This document shows positions 13,380 to 24,858 of a DNA stretch of 64,000 nt, piece after piece (the first letter of the stretch is position 1; every line of letters starts with the position of its first letter). The DNA is from Chiloscyllium plagiosum. Taxonomy: Eukaryota. Both the position numbers and the translations under genes were made by a program. A model generated the notes under the pieces. That model was given only the letters and a program-made list of their open reading frames with translations, did not search any database and was not told the origin of the DNA. The stretch is taken from the NCBI RefSeq assembly GCF_004010195.1, contig NC_057751.1, positions 6,018,997 to 6,082,996 on the forward strand. The letters run 5' to 3'.

Positions 13380-13988
13380 ACAAATAATCAAAACAACAAA
13401 TGGAATGCTGCCCCTCATATCTAGAAAACAGCAGTACAAGGTCACAGAAGTCATACTGCAGTTAAACAAAATTCTGGCGAGATCCCACTTGGAAAACTGT
13501 GGGCAGATCACACCTTCGGAAAGATATTAGCCTCAGAAGGATTACAATGAAAGTTTACAGTGATGTTACCTGAACTTCAGGGGTTAATTTGTGAAGACAG
13601 ATTAAATAAAATAGGCCTGTCGTATCTCGGATTTCGAAGGTTCAAGGATGATCTGATCAAAGTCTTCAAGATGTTGATGAAAAGACAGGGTAGATAAAGA
13701 TAAACTATTTCTACTGGTTGGAGATTCTAGAACTAGGAGGCATTGGCCAAAAATTCAAGCTAGACTGTTCAGGAGAGATGCTCAGAAGCACTTCTACACA
13801 AAAAGGATGTTAGGAGTTTGGAACTCTCTTCTACAAAAGGCAACTAATGCAAGATCAGTTGTTAATCATAAATCTGAGACAGTTTTCTTTTTGTTAAGCA
13901 AAGGCATTAAGAAATATGGGCCAAAGGCCACGAATCAGCCATGATCTCATTGAATGGTGGAGTAGGCTTGAGGGGCTGAATCAGTTTG
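13380..13988 (+). mobile_element. CR1 LINE 3' fragment, degenerate
   Basis: Decayed PHLE..., DLIKVFK and SRTRRH..FYTKRMLGVWNSL, plus the 3'UTR motif CAGCCATGATCTCATTGAATGG. Confidence 0.8.
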
Positions 13989-14177
13989 ATTAGATTAGAT
14001 TAGATTACTTACAGTGTGGAAACAGGCCCTTCGGCCCAACAAGTCCACACCGACTCATAAATCTGAGACAGTTTTCTTTTTGTTAAGCAAAGGCATTAAG
14101 AAATATGGGCCAAAGGCCACAAATCAGCCATGATCTCATTGAATGGTGGAGTAGGCTTGAGGGGCTGAATCAGTTTG
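13866..14177. repeat. 123-bp direct duplication (13866-13988 and 14055-14177) flanking a 66-nt retroposon tail
   Basis: The two copies differ by one G/A at a CpG. The insert at 13989-14054 is a minus-strand SINE/CR1 3' end with a (TCTAA)n tail. Confidence 0.93.
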
Positions 14178-15398
14178 TGACCTCTGTGCAACCAAATCAA
14201 AGGTGAAGGGCTGCCAGTGCTTGATTTTTACACGCCTGGGTTTCCAAAATGGTACTGACACCAGAGTACCAGGATATCCCAACACTGGTGAATACTTCCT
14301 GCTACAGCCAGTGGGAGAATTGGGCTCGACGGGTGCCATAGAGGCCTGCCAGTTTAATGAGGCAAGATTTGGATGATCACATGAGAAAACACATGAGGCC
14401 TCACAGAGAGAAACCCTCCGTGAAACTGGATGAGAATGACACTTGGTCAAAATGTGGGATGATTCAGTCTATAGTGTGGTTGTTCATAATGCCGACATGG
14501 AATAAATGACTTTGTTAGCGAGGAACATTGCCTGTTTTGGAAAGACTCTTCAGTAGTGTATCCTCCAAAGCATTAGACAGGTCAGAGACAAAGTACAGTC
14601 AAAGAATGATTGGTGGCAGCAAAATTACCTCAAAAACCTCTACTCTCAACAACATACTGGCCAAGGTAACAGATACCTAGAGTCCCCAATTGAAGCAATC
14701 AGGATAATACAGAATATGATTATTTTTCCTCTGTTATTAAAAAAAACTCTTAGTTTTATGCAAGAATGATTACCTCATGTATTTTTGTTACTATGCCTGC
14801 AAATGGATTTACCACAAAGAAATATTTTCAAGAAGACTGTGTGGTCCAACATGTAACTGAAAATGACTTTAAACAAATATACAGAATAATCTGTTCCCTA
14901 AACGAGTTCATTCATAAATTAAATACTTCCCTCATAAATTAAATAGGATTAAATATTTAAAAATTTGCATAAAGAGCCTACTAGTGCACTTGTACTAAAA
15001 AGAATTGTTCAATGTTAAGAGACTCCATAAAAGCCACAAACAAGTGTAAATTTCTGGAGTAATTCCTGACTTGCTGTCACATCATCCACATCATCTTTGA
15101 TGTCTGTGGTTTCTGCTGCCTCAGTCATGATTTGGTTTTAGTGGGACTGTGAACAGAAGAAAGACATACCACTTAATAAGATTTTAGACTGAAACTGAGT
15201 TAACAACATGGCCTGTCTGAACGCACAAAAGCATAACCCTGACACAACTTGAAACTGCCATAGGCAAATGGCATTTGTTATAAGCTGAAGGGCTATTAGA
15301 GCATTGAGGAGTGATCATCATTTCATAACAGAAAGTATGACAATGAGAGGATGCTGTGGAGCAGAGATGGAGAGCCTCATAGTGAAGGATTGGGCACA

Positions 15399-15620
15399 GG
15401 CCCTTCATCATTCCTGATGAACGGCTTATATCTGAAACATTGATTCTCCTGCTCCTCGGATGCTGCCTGATCTGCTATGCTTTCCTAAGATTGTCTTAAG
15501 GTTATTTAATGCTTGAAATGTCGATTCTCCTGCTCCTCGGATGCTGCCTGACCTGCTGTGCTTTTTCAGCATCGCACTCTCAACTCTGGTCTCCAGCATC
15601 TGCAGTCCTTACTTTCTCCT
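15399..15620 (+). mobile_element. Tandem Penelope-like terminal repeat fragments
   Basis: ATTCCTGATGAA..GAAACATTGATTCTCCTGCTCCTCGGATGCTGCCTGA is followed by a second partial copy ending in the CTCCAGCATCTGCAGTCCTTACTTTCTCC tail. Confidence 0.85.
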
Positions 15621-15639
15621 TCAGACAATCTTGAATTAG

Positions 15640-17030
15640 AATTCCCAAGATAAAGCATTTGAAGCAATCTTTAGTCAGAAATGCCGAGTGGTCTTGTCCA
15701 GTGGCCCGCAGTGTCATATATGCCAATCTTCAAATGATTCAATTCAGCCACTTGTTATCAAGAAACATTTGGACACACTAGATACTGCAAAGACTGGTGA
15801 CTCTGACAGCATTGCAGCCATAGTACTGAAGACTTGTGGTCCAGAACCAAGCTCTTCTAATCAAGTTAAAACACAACTCTGCCTGATGACATGGAACAAT
15901 TTCCCAGGTATTTCCTGTACACAAAAAGCAGGACATATCTAACCTGGTCAATTACCATCCTATCAACATCCCCTTGGTCATCACTAAAATGATGGAACAT
16001 ATCAACAACAGGGCTATCAAGCAGCATATGCTTTGGAATAACTTGCTCATTGACATCAAGTTTGGGTTCCACCAGGCTACTCAGCTCCTGACCTTCCTAT
16101 AGCCTTGTTTCAAACATGGATAAAAGAGCTGAATTCCAGAAGTGAGCTGAGATTGACAGCCCTTGGCATTAAGGAGCCCCAACAAAACTGGAATCAATGG
16201 ATATTGGGGCAAACTCTCTGTTGGATGGAGTCATACTTGGCACATTGGAAGACGGCTGTAGTTGTTGGGAGTCCATAAGACCATAAGAACAGAAATTAGG
16301 CCGTTCGGCCCATCGGGTCTTCTCCACCATTCAGTCATGGCTTTTGGGTTTTTCGATTCCATTTTCCCACTTTCTCCCCATAGCCTTTGATCCCCTTGGC
16401 AATCAAGAACTCATCTATCTCTGTTTTAAAGATACTTAATAACCTGGCCTCCACAGCCTTCTGTGGCAATGAATTCCACAGATTCACTATACTCTAGCTC
16501 AAGAAATTGCTCCTCTCCATTCGACAGGGTCTTCCTTTTACTGTCAGGCTGTGCCGTCAGGTCCTCGTCTTTTCTGCCAATGGAAATATCTTCCCAACAT
16601 CCACTCTGCCCAGGTATTTAGTATTCTGTAAATTTCAATCAGATCCCCTGATCATCCTTCTGAACTCCACCGAGTACAGTCGCAAAGTCCTCAAACGTTC
16701 CTCATATGTTAAGTCTTTAATTCCTGGGATCATTCTTGTGAACCTCTTCTGGACTAGATCTAATACATCCTTCCTGAGGTATGGGGCCCAAAATTGCTCA
16801 TCCATCATCTCAGCTCCAGGATATCTCTGCAGAAGTTCCTCTGAGACCCAGTCATATTCAGCTGCTTCATCAATGAATTTCCCTCCATCATGTTAAAAGT
16901 GTGGATATCTGCTGATAATTGCACAATATTCAGCATCATTTGCAACCCCTCAGGAAGCGGTCCATGTTCAAATGCGACAAGATTTGGACAATTTCCAGGC
17001 TTAGGCTGACGAGTGGCAAGTAAGATTTGT
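15640..17030 (+). mobile_element. CR1-group LINE RT fragment (second family) with a nested minus-strand CR1 3' end at ~16275-16800
   Basis: KHLDTLDTAK..DSIAAIVLKTCGPE, NYHPI, QFGF-like HQATQL and ADEWQV remnants. The nested copy starts with a CATAAGA-type tail. Confidence 0.75.
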
Positions 17031-18610
17031 GGCTCACAGGCTTGCAGGTATCTGTATTAGCTTTGATTGTTTGTTTTCCTTTGTTTCAGAAACTTGTATT
17101 CTTTTAATACAGAATGTTAATGGCCTCATGTCAATGTGTTTAGTCACTAAACACCATGGTAGCCAACTGCAAACATTTATACCATCTGAGTTGTCCAGTC
17201 TTACTATCAGCTGGGGTCATAACATTGACTACAATGGCAAGTAGATATTGGGTCCATGCAAAGTACCAGAGACTATGAGAAAGTGAGCACTGCAGATGCT
17301 GGACATCAGAGTCGAGAGTGTGTTGTGGCAGAGGAGAGGATGCTGCCTGACCTGCTGCGCTTTCCGAGCAACACACTTTCGACGAAAGTACCAGAGACAC
17401 CTGGCAAATGCTCCTTTATGAGTTGGGAGAAAAAGCATAAACTACATAAGTTTATGTTTTTAAAATGAACGCAAAATTAACCAGCAGACAGTGAACAGAA
17501 AAATTGCACTGAGTCACTTGTGGGCAATAAGCTTGGCCTTTTACTTCATAGTGTGATATTCCCTGAACTGTTTTGTTCAAACAATAATACAAGAATAGGG
17601 TTGCACCACTTTATCCCAAAGGAATATCACTTGTCATTGATTTATGCTGGTTTTGTGCCAAAATATACACTCCACAAATTGCTTTCATTTTTTTCAAAAT
17701 AAGGGCAATACCTTGCTGCCCTAGCCACTGTGAACGAATCAAAACAAAACTGATGAAACCCCACTTAAGTCAGGAACGTAGTTCCATCAGACCATTTGTA
17801 ACTGACAAGGGAATCAGTGATTACTGGAGGTCAGCAGGAAAGTAAAGTTGGGGGCACAATCAGATCAATCACGATATTATTGAGTCGCACCACAGGCTCA
17901 AGGGGGCAAATTGCCTATTCCTGCTCCTGTTTCACATACTTGTGCAAAAGCCTTGGAGTATATGTTTTCTGTATTTATGCCAGGGGTGCAAATTTGCAGT
18001 TCAATCCTCAGGCGCACAATCCAAATTCATAGTTTTTGGTATTTTACAACAATTTTAAAAAAAACCTTTTGTGATTTTATTTTTGATTTCCTCCTGTGTT
18101 GAATGCTTTTTTACAGTATTAAAATTAGTCACAACAAAGAAGTTTCAACTGTCAGATTTTCTGAAACAATGCTGTGCTTGATGTGCATAAATGATAGTTT
18201 AGTACTTAAATAATTTAACATCAATAAATAAAAAGGGACATAATGAAAGAACATAATGTACCTTCAATGATTTACTTAGGCCGGGATGTTCAAATGATTT
18301 TGTTTCACTGAGCTTGTATCTGCTGGCGTACAGGTAATCTAGACATATAGTCGGGACTTGTGTGTTTGGATAGACAATGTTTTGTACCAGATGTGACATA
18401 AACATTCTGAAACTGGAAATTTTGCCTTTTCCTGGTGGATTAATATCATTGAGTCTGAACCTGCTCTGGGTAGATGCTCACCCTCATCTCAGGAAACATA
18501 AAATATTGTTCAAAGCACTGAGTTCCCTTTTAGAATCCTTCCTTATCAATTCAAGTATCTTATGAGGAGTGGCATACTCCTGGTCCTAATCTATACGTTC
18601 ATACATATTA

Positions 18611-19480
18611 CAGAGTTATAGAGTCAGACCAGCATGGAAACAGACCCTTCAGTCTGATCAGTCCACGCCAACCATGTCCCACCTGCCTGCCCTTGGCCTA
18701 AATCCCATCAAACATATTTTATTCATGTATTAACCTCAATGTCTTTTGAATGTTGTAACTGTACCTGCATCTAACACTTCCTCGGCAGTTCATTCCACAT
18801 ATGAACCACTCTCTGTGTAAAAAGGTTGCCCCCCATGTTCTTAAATTTTTATCTTCTAATCTTAAAAAATGTTCACTAGTTTTGAATCCCCCCACCCAAG
18901 GGAAAAGACCCTTGTCATTCACCTTATCTGAGCCCTCATGATTTTATAAACCTCAATAATACCACCCCTCAACCTCTTGTGCTCCAGTGAAAAATGTCCC
19001 AGTCATCTGAAGGACTTTTGCTCGAACCGTCGATTTTCCTGCTCCTCGGACGCTGCCTGACCTGCTGTGCTTTTGCAGCACCACTCTGATCTAAACTCTG
19101 GTTTCCAGCATCTGCAGTCCTCACTTTTGCCTAGTGATCCCTGATTCTCAACTCTATATATTCCTATGTTTATTCTGTCCCATCCTGTCAGAATTTTACA
19201 GGTTTTTCTGACAGCACCCCTCATTCTTTAAATATCAATGAATACAGTCCTCATTGATTCAGTCTCTCTTCAAAGGAATCAATCTGGTAAACACTTGGTG
19301 CAATTCTTCCAAAGTGAGAACATCCTTCCTCTGATAGGGAGAACAGAACTGCACACAAAACTCCAGCTGTGGTCTCACCAAGGCCCTGTACAATTGCAAC
19401 AAGAAATCCTTTCCCTTGTACTCAAATATTCACAATGAAGGCCAACATACCACCTCCTGCTACACTTGGATGCTTATTTT
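18611..19480 (-). mobile_element. CR1 LINE 3' fragments with a Penelope terminal repeat inserted at ~19003-19132 (+)
   Basis: Tail AGAGTTATAGAGTC and CAGACCCTTCAGTC, plus ACCACTCTCTGTGTAAAAA (FTQRVV on the minus strand). The insert contains GCTGCCTGACCTGCTGTGCTTTT. Confidence 0.78.
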
Positions 19481-19484
19481 CAGC

Positions 19485-20200
19485 ATACAAGACACCTTCC
19501 CATGTTACTGCAGCGGGTGCAACACCTATCCCTTCACCTCCACCCTGCTCACCATGCAAGAGTCCAAACGTTTGTTCCAGGTGAAGCAGCATTTCACCTG
19601 TACCTCCTCCAATCTTGTGTATTGTATTTGCTGCACCAACTACTCTCCACTTGGAGAAACTAAACACAGACTGGGTCACCTCTGGTCCATGTGCAAGCAC
19701 GACCACATCCTTCCTGTAGCCATCTTGCTCACCTGTCTGTCTTCGGCATGCTGCAGTGCTTCAGAGAATCACAGCGCAAACTGGAGAAGCCACATCTTTT
19801 CTTCAAACTGGGCAGTTTACAACTTTCTGGGCTCCATATTGAGTTCAAAATCTTCATATTGTGAACCCATTCCTTCCTTTTCTTTTCGCTTTGCTTGTTA
19901 CATTCTCTGTCATCTTCTCTCTCCTCACCCCACTTGAGTGGGACTTTCTGTCCTTTCTATTCTGGCAGTTAAACACACCATTGTTCTGCCATTCTCATAT
20001 TCCAATGACTTGATATGAGCTATCAACATCCTTTCTTCCCCAGCACTCCAGAACCAACCCCCCTCCCACCAAAACATAAATGCCGGCCCTCCACACTTCA
20101 CATCTGATGAACAGTCATCTAAACTCGATAGGTTAGCTTGCTTTCTCCCCATGGATGCTGCCTGGACCATTGTAATCTCCAGCATTTTTTTGTTTTCAGA
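19485..20200 (+). mobile_element. Penelope-like element GIY-YIG fragment plus terminal repeat
   Basis: FPC...CNTYPFTS..FQVKQHFTCTSSNLVYCICC...GETKHRLG is a Penelope-type GIY-YIG region. A degenerate CTGATGA hammerhead-like motif starts at 20104. Confidence 0.82.
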
Positions 20201-20916
20201 CAAGGTCTTGTTTGACCTCCCCCTTTGCCAGTCTATCGCCTTTCAGATACTAATCAGCTTTCCTGGTTTTTCAACCAAAGTGATTAATCTTACACATCAA
20301 TATTCTATTCGTTTGCAATGCACTTTCCCACTCACTTGTCCAAATCATACGGAAGCTTCTCTGTGCCCCTCTCATAGCTCACCCCTCTTTCCAATTTCTT
20401 CGGTCCTGTACATTTACATTCTTTACATTGATATTTACTGAATACAGCTTTTTAGTGTTATGCTTAAAACATCCCTGTTTACCTGCTTCTTCACACCTTT
20501 CTACTCTGATTGCTTCTGCTCCTCTGCTCAAAGTAATGTCATAATTATTTGCATATTCCATTATACACCAGCAAATCACGCAACTTAATCACCCTTTGAG
20601 TCCAGAGGCTTTTCTGAATTTTTGATTAGATTTCTCGGTGAAAGCTAAAACAAGCAAGGAATGAAGGACCCATTCGTGTGCTGGACTGCTCTACTTTCTA
20701 CGTTCTTATTCTCGAATGCTCAAACAGTAGAAATGGTTGATCTTTATCTCTCGTCTTTTCCTGTTAATATCTTGAAGACTTCGATCAGATTTCTCATTAA
20801 CTTTCTGAATTTGAGAGAAAATAGTCCTAATTTGGTAAATTCTTATCATAACTTAACCTGGAAAACCAGGTAAACCCATGTTGTACACCCTCCAAGGCCA
20901 GTATATCCTTCCTGAG

Positions 20917-21278
20917 TCTAGATTAGAGTGGTGCTGGAAAAGCACAGCAGGTCAGGCAGCATCCGAGGAGCAGGAAAATTGATGTTTCGGGCAAAAGCCC
21001 TTCATCAGGAATAGAGGCAGAGTGCCTGCAGAGTGGAGAGATAAATGAGAGGGAGGTGGGGGTGAGGAGAAAGTAGCATAGNNNNNNNNNNNNNNNNNNN
21101 NAAAAAGGGGAAGTGAGGAAACTGGTGAAATAAGAGCTTCAGGGCAGAGGAGATGACCTGGGGGTTGCAGTGAGAGAGAGACTCACTGAGATTCTTGTAG
21201 AGAGAGGAGGAAAACTTCTTCAAGGCAGGCATCCTTGCACGAGGATTTGCAGTAGGATTAAAGTCAACTCTTTACCTG
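20917..21278 (-). mobile_element. Penelope-like terminal fragment inserted in a minus-strand CR1 relic
   Basis: Flanked by an 11-bp direct repeat TCCTTCCTGAG (20906-20916 and 21279-21289). Hammerhead motif at 20977-21012. Confidence 0.82.
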
Positions 21279-21639
21279 TCCTTCCTGAGGTCCAGTGCCC
21301 AGTATTCCAAGTGAGATGTCACCAGGATTTATACAACTGCAGCATAACCTCTGCATCCCTGTACTCCAGATAACCACAACCTTGAATGTCCTGGCATGGC
21401 TTGAACAAGGGAGCAGCAAAATCTCGTCTTAATTAGTGGTCTTCAACCACTCTGCCATGTTTGCAGGTGCCCACTGATCTCCCACAGGAGAGTCCCAATT
21501 GACTGTAACTTCAGACTTGGAAAGCAAGGTAAGGTTTTGAGGAATAAAAACAGAAATTGCTGGAAAAGCTCAGCAGGTCTGGCAGCATCTGTGAAGAGAA
21601 ATCACAATTAACATTTTGGGTCCAGTGACCCTGAGCAGG

Positions 21640-22045
21640 TATTTGCTAAAACTCGTTTCCACAGCCATTTCACATTTCTCAGGGAATGCCTCCAGCTCAG
21701 ACTCAGATAAGGAAGGACACCACTTCGACTGGGACGACACATCCATCCTAGGACAGGCCAAACAGAGACGCACATGAGAATTTCTAGAAGCATGGCATTC
21801 CAACCGGAACTCGATCAGCAAACACATTGACTTGGACCCCATTTACTACCCCTTGAGAAAAGGAACAGGAAATGACATCACCACAGGAAATGACATCACC
21901 AACCCAAAGAAACCCAAACATATCAATAGAAAGCAGGAATTATCAGCAGTGCTTGGTCTGGAGGCTCACTGAAGATGTTACCTAGTATGGTGACAAAATA
22001 TCTGAAAATGAACTTTATAGCTCACCGAACAAACCTACATCCAGA
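21640..22045 (+). mobile_element. Second Penelope-like family: endonuclease C-terminus plus terminal repeat
   Basis: DKEGHHFDWDDTSILGQAKQRRT*EFLEAWHSNRNSISKHIDLDPIY, followed by a hammerhead-like motif at 21966-22005. Confidence 0.78.
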
Positions 22046-22160
22046 GTGTTGCTTCATGCTGGCTCAGGCCTGCACCACTCTGCAGTTCCACTTCATCCAC
22101 TTCATCCTCTGGCTCATTTGCCATTAAGGAAGGCTCACTGGACCCGAAACATTAACTCTG

Positions 22161-22728
22161 TGTTATGGACCAGGCCAGGGCCCCTCAAAACATTTCAAGA
22201 AGGTTGCCCAGACCCTAACTTTGCCAGCTGTTTTAAGCAGGTGTAAGGTAGATATTCTACGCGTGATACAGCTGGCTCAACCACTGAGTTTTAAAGAAAA
22301 CAGAGTACCAAATGAAACAGAAGCAAAAGAGAACAGAATATAGAATAACGTAAACTATCTGAGAACACAACCGACTCTATCACAGCTGAATAATGCTGTT
22401 CCAATTTCTTGCAATATCCCATAAACACACTCCTTGGCAAAAGGTAAATTCAAGCTTTCTTTGACCATCAACCTTGAACAGACTGCTTGCTAACACCAAA
22501 CCAAACCGGAAGCAAGCCCTAACTGGGAGAACTGGTCACTCCCCTCTCATTGTACAAGTGTTTAAAAAAAACCTAAAGTCTTTTCCCTGCTTGTTGCCTC
22601 AGGCAGGACTGGTTAGCCATTAATAAAGTCTCTAAACCCAGACAAATTGGAACCTCTGCCTTTTTACAACCACTCTTGAAAAATAATCAAGGAAAACATA
22701 ACCGTGTTAAAGGAGCAGCATCATCCCA
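22161..22728 (-). mobile_element. Solo LTR (probably Gypsy-type) inserted into a Penelope terminal repeat
   Basis: TG...CA ends and a 4-bp TSD TCTG (22157-22160 and 22729-22732). The host repeat GACCCGAAACATTAACTCTG|ATTTCGCTTCACAGATGCTG rejoins across it. Confidence 0.88.
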
Positions 22729-23141
22729 TCTGATTTCGCTTCACAGATGCTGCCACACCTGCTGTGTTTTTCCAGCAACTTCTGTTTTTATTTCTGATTT
22801 ACAGCACCTGCATTTCTTTCAGTTTTTTTTCAGGTTTCTGGGAAATGGCAGCAATCGGTTCCATGGTGATTTTTGTTTATTATTACTTTCCGTTCTGAGT
22901 GTGGTGTAAAGAAAAAAAAAGTCCCAAAGTGATACTTGTTATTTATTATAGTCTTGCCCTTCATCTATTTAAAATGAGCTGGAGTTGGACCGTTATAACT
23001 GGTCTTCTTCTCAGGGAGATATCATTGAACTTGAACTCATTGAAGCTAGATATTTAACATCACCCCAGGAAACACAAAATCTTGCAAGTGGTATAATTTT
23101 AAAGCAATGAGTTTACATTTAGAATCCTTTTCGGGGGGATC

Positions 23142-23153
23142 CAAGATGGCGGC
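23142..23153 (+). promoter_or_regulatory. YY1-consensus motif at the L1 5' terminus
   Basis: CAAGATGGCGGC starts at +10 of the element and matches the YY1 consensus AAGATGGCGGC. Confidence 0.6.
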
Positions 23154-23304
23154 GACCCAGCAAGTCTGAGTCTATAGTGCTCCTCCCAAGACTTGGGCAA
23201 AGTGGGTTACCCACCCCCACCACACTCATCAAATCATTTAAATTAGCTGTTTAATTTAATTAGTTGCTTAGTATTAAATTTAAACAATTTAATCTATAGT
23301 AAAA

Positions 23305-23740
23305 ATGACCAAAGGGAAGGGAGCCCGCAGCTCTCAGTAAGCAGGAACCCCTCCCCCACCCTCTCCAGCTGCAGCAGAGGCGTCCGCAGCCGCCCCGGGG
23401 GACTTACCTACGGTGGCGAGCCTTGTGGAAATCATCTCTAAACTGGATGCGAAGATCAACGCTTTCATTGAAGAATCCCCAAGTCGATGGGACTCATTCT
23501 CGGCCGCGCTGCAAAAGCACGACCGAGACATTAAAGAAATCGAGCGCCGAATCGGAGGGGTGGAGCTAAAGGCCGCGACCTCCGAAACTAAAGCGCAATC
23601 GGCTGTGGATCGGGTCCGGACTCTTGAACAGCGAGTCTGGACCTTAGAGAATCATATTGATGACCTCGATAATCGAGGTCGTCGAAAAAATATTTGTTTG
23701 CTGGGCCTTCCCGAACGGGAAGAGGAAGGCCAGCTTACAG
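23305..23740 (+). pseudogene. L1 ORF1 N-terminal part (coiled coil and start of RRM) with a premature stop at codon 12
   Basis: MTKGKGARSSQ*AGTPPP..., heptad-like IKEIERRIGGVE..VRTLEQRVWTLENHIDDLDNRGRRKNICLLGLPE, matching the L1 ORF1 NRxRRxNIRxxGLPE motif. It runs into the N gap. Confidence 0.85.
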
Positions 23741-24858
23741 NNNNNNNNNNNNNNNNNNNNNNNNNNNNNNNNNNNNNNNNNNNNNNNNNNNNNNNNNNNN
23801 NNNNNNNNNNNNNNNNNNNNNNNNNNNNNNNNNNNNNNNNNNNNNNNNNNNNNNNNNNNNNNNNNNNNNNNNNNNNNNNNNNNNNNNNNNNNNNNNNNNN
23901 NNNNNNNNNNNNNNNNNNNNNNNNNNNNNNNNNNNNNNNNNNNNNNNNNNNNNNNNNNNNNNNNNNNNNNNNNNNNNNNNNNNNNNNNNNNNNNNNNNNN
24001 NNNNNNNNNNNNNNNNNNNNNNNNNNNNNNNNNNNNNNNNNNNNNNNNNNNNNNNNNNNNNNNNNNNNNNNNNNNNNNNNNNNNNNNNNNNNNNNNNNNN
24101 NNNNNNNNNNNNNNNNNNNNNNNNNNNNNNNNNNNNNNNNNNNNNNNNNNNNNNNNNNNNNNNNNNNNNNNNNNNNNNNNNNNNNNNNNNNNNNNNNNNN
24201 NNNNNNNNNNNNNNNNNNNNNNNNNNNNNNNNNNNNNNNNNNNNNNNNNNNNNNNNNNNNNNNNNNNNNNNNNNNNNNNNNNNNNNNNNNNNNNNNNNNN
24301 NNNNNNNNNNNNNNNNNNNNNNNNNNNNNNNNNNNNNNNNNNNNNNNNNNNNNNNNNNNNNNNNNNNNNNNNNNNNNNNNNNNNNNNNNNNNNNNNNNNN
24401 NNNNNNNNNNNNNNNNNNNNNNNNNNNNNNNNNNNNNNNNNNNNNNNNNNNNNNNNNNNNNNNNNNNNNNNNNNNNNNNNNNNNNNNNNNNNNNNNNNNN
24501 NNNNNNNNNNNNNNNNNNNNNNNNNNNNNNNNNNNNNNNNNNNNNNNNNNNNNNNNNNNNNNNNNNNNNNNNNNNNNNNNNNNNNNNNNNNNNNNNNNNN
24601 NNNNNNNNNNNNNNNNNNNNNNNNNNNNNNNNNNNNNNNNNNNNNNNNNNNNNNNNNNNNNNNNNNNNNNNNNNNNNNNNNNNNNNNNNNNNNNNNNNNN
24701 NNNNGTTTTATATTTTTTTTTATTTAGAAATAGTTTTTTATTGTATTGTTGTGGGTGTATTAAAGAGGGTTTATTTTTGTAAATTTTACATGTTCCATGC
24801 TCGGGATGTTCTGGATAGGGTTCCCCTCCCGAGGGGTCTCGGATTGGCCCAGAGGATT

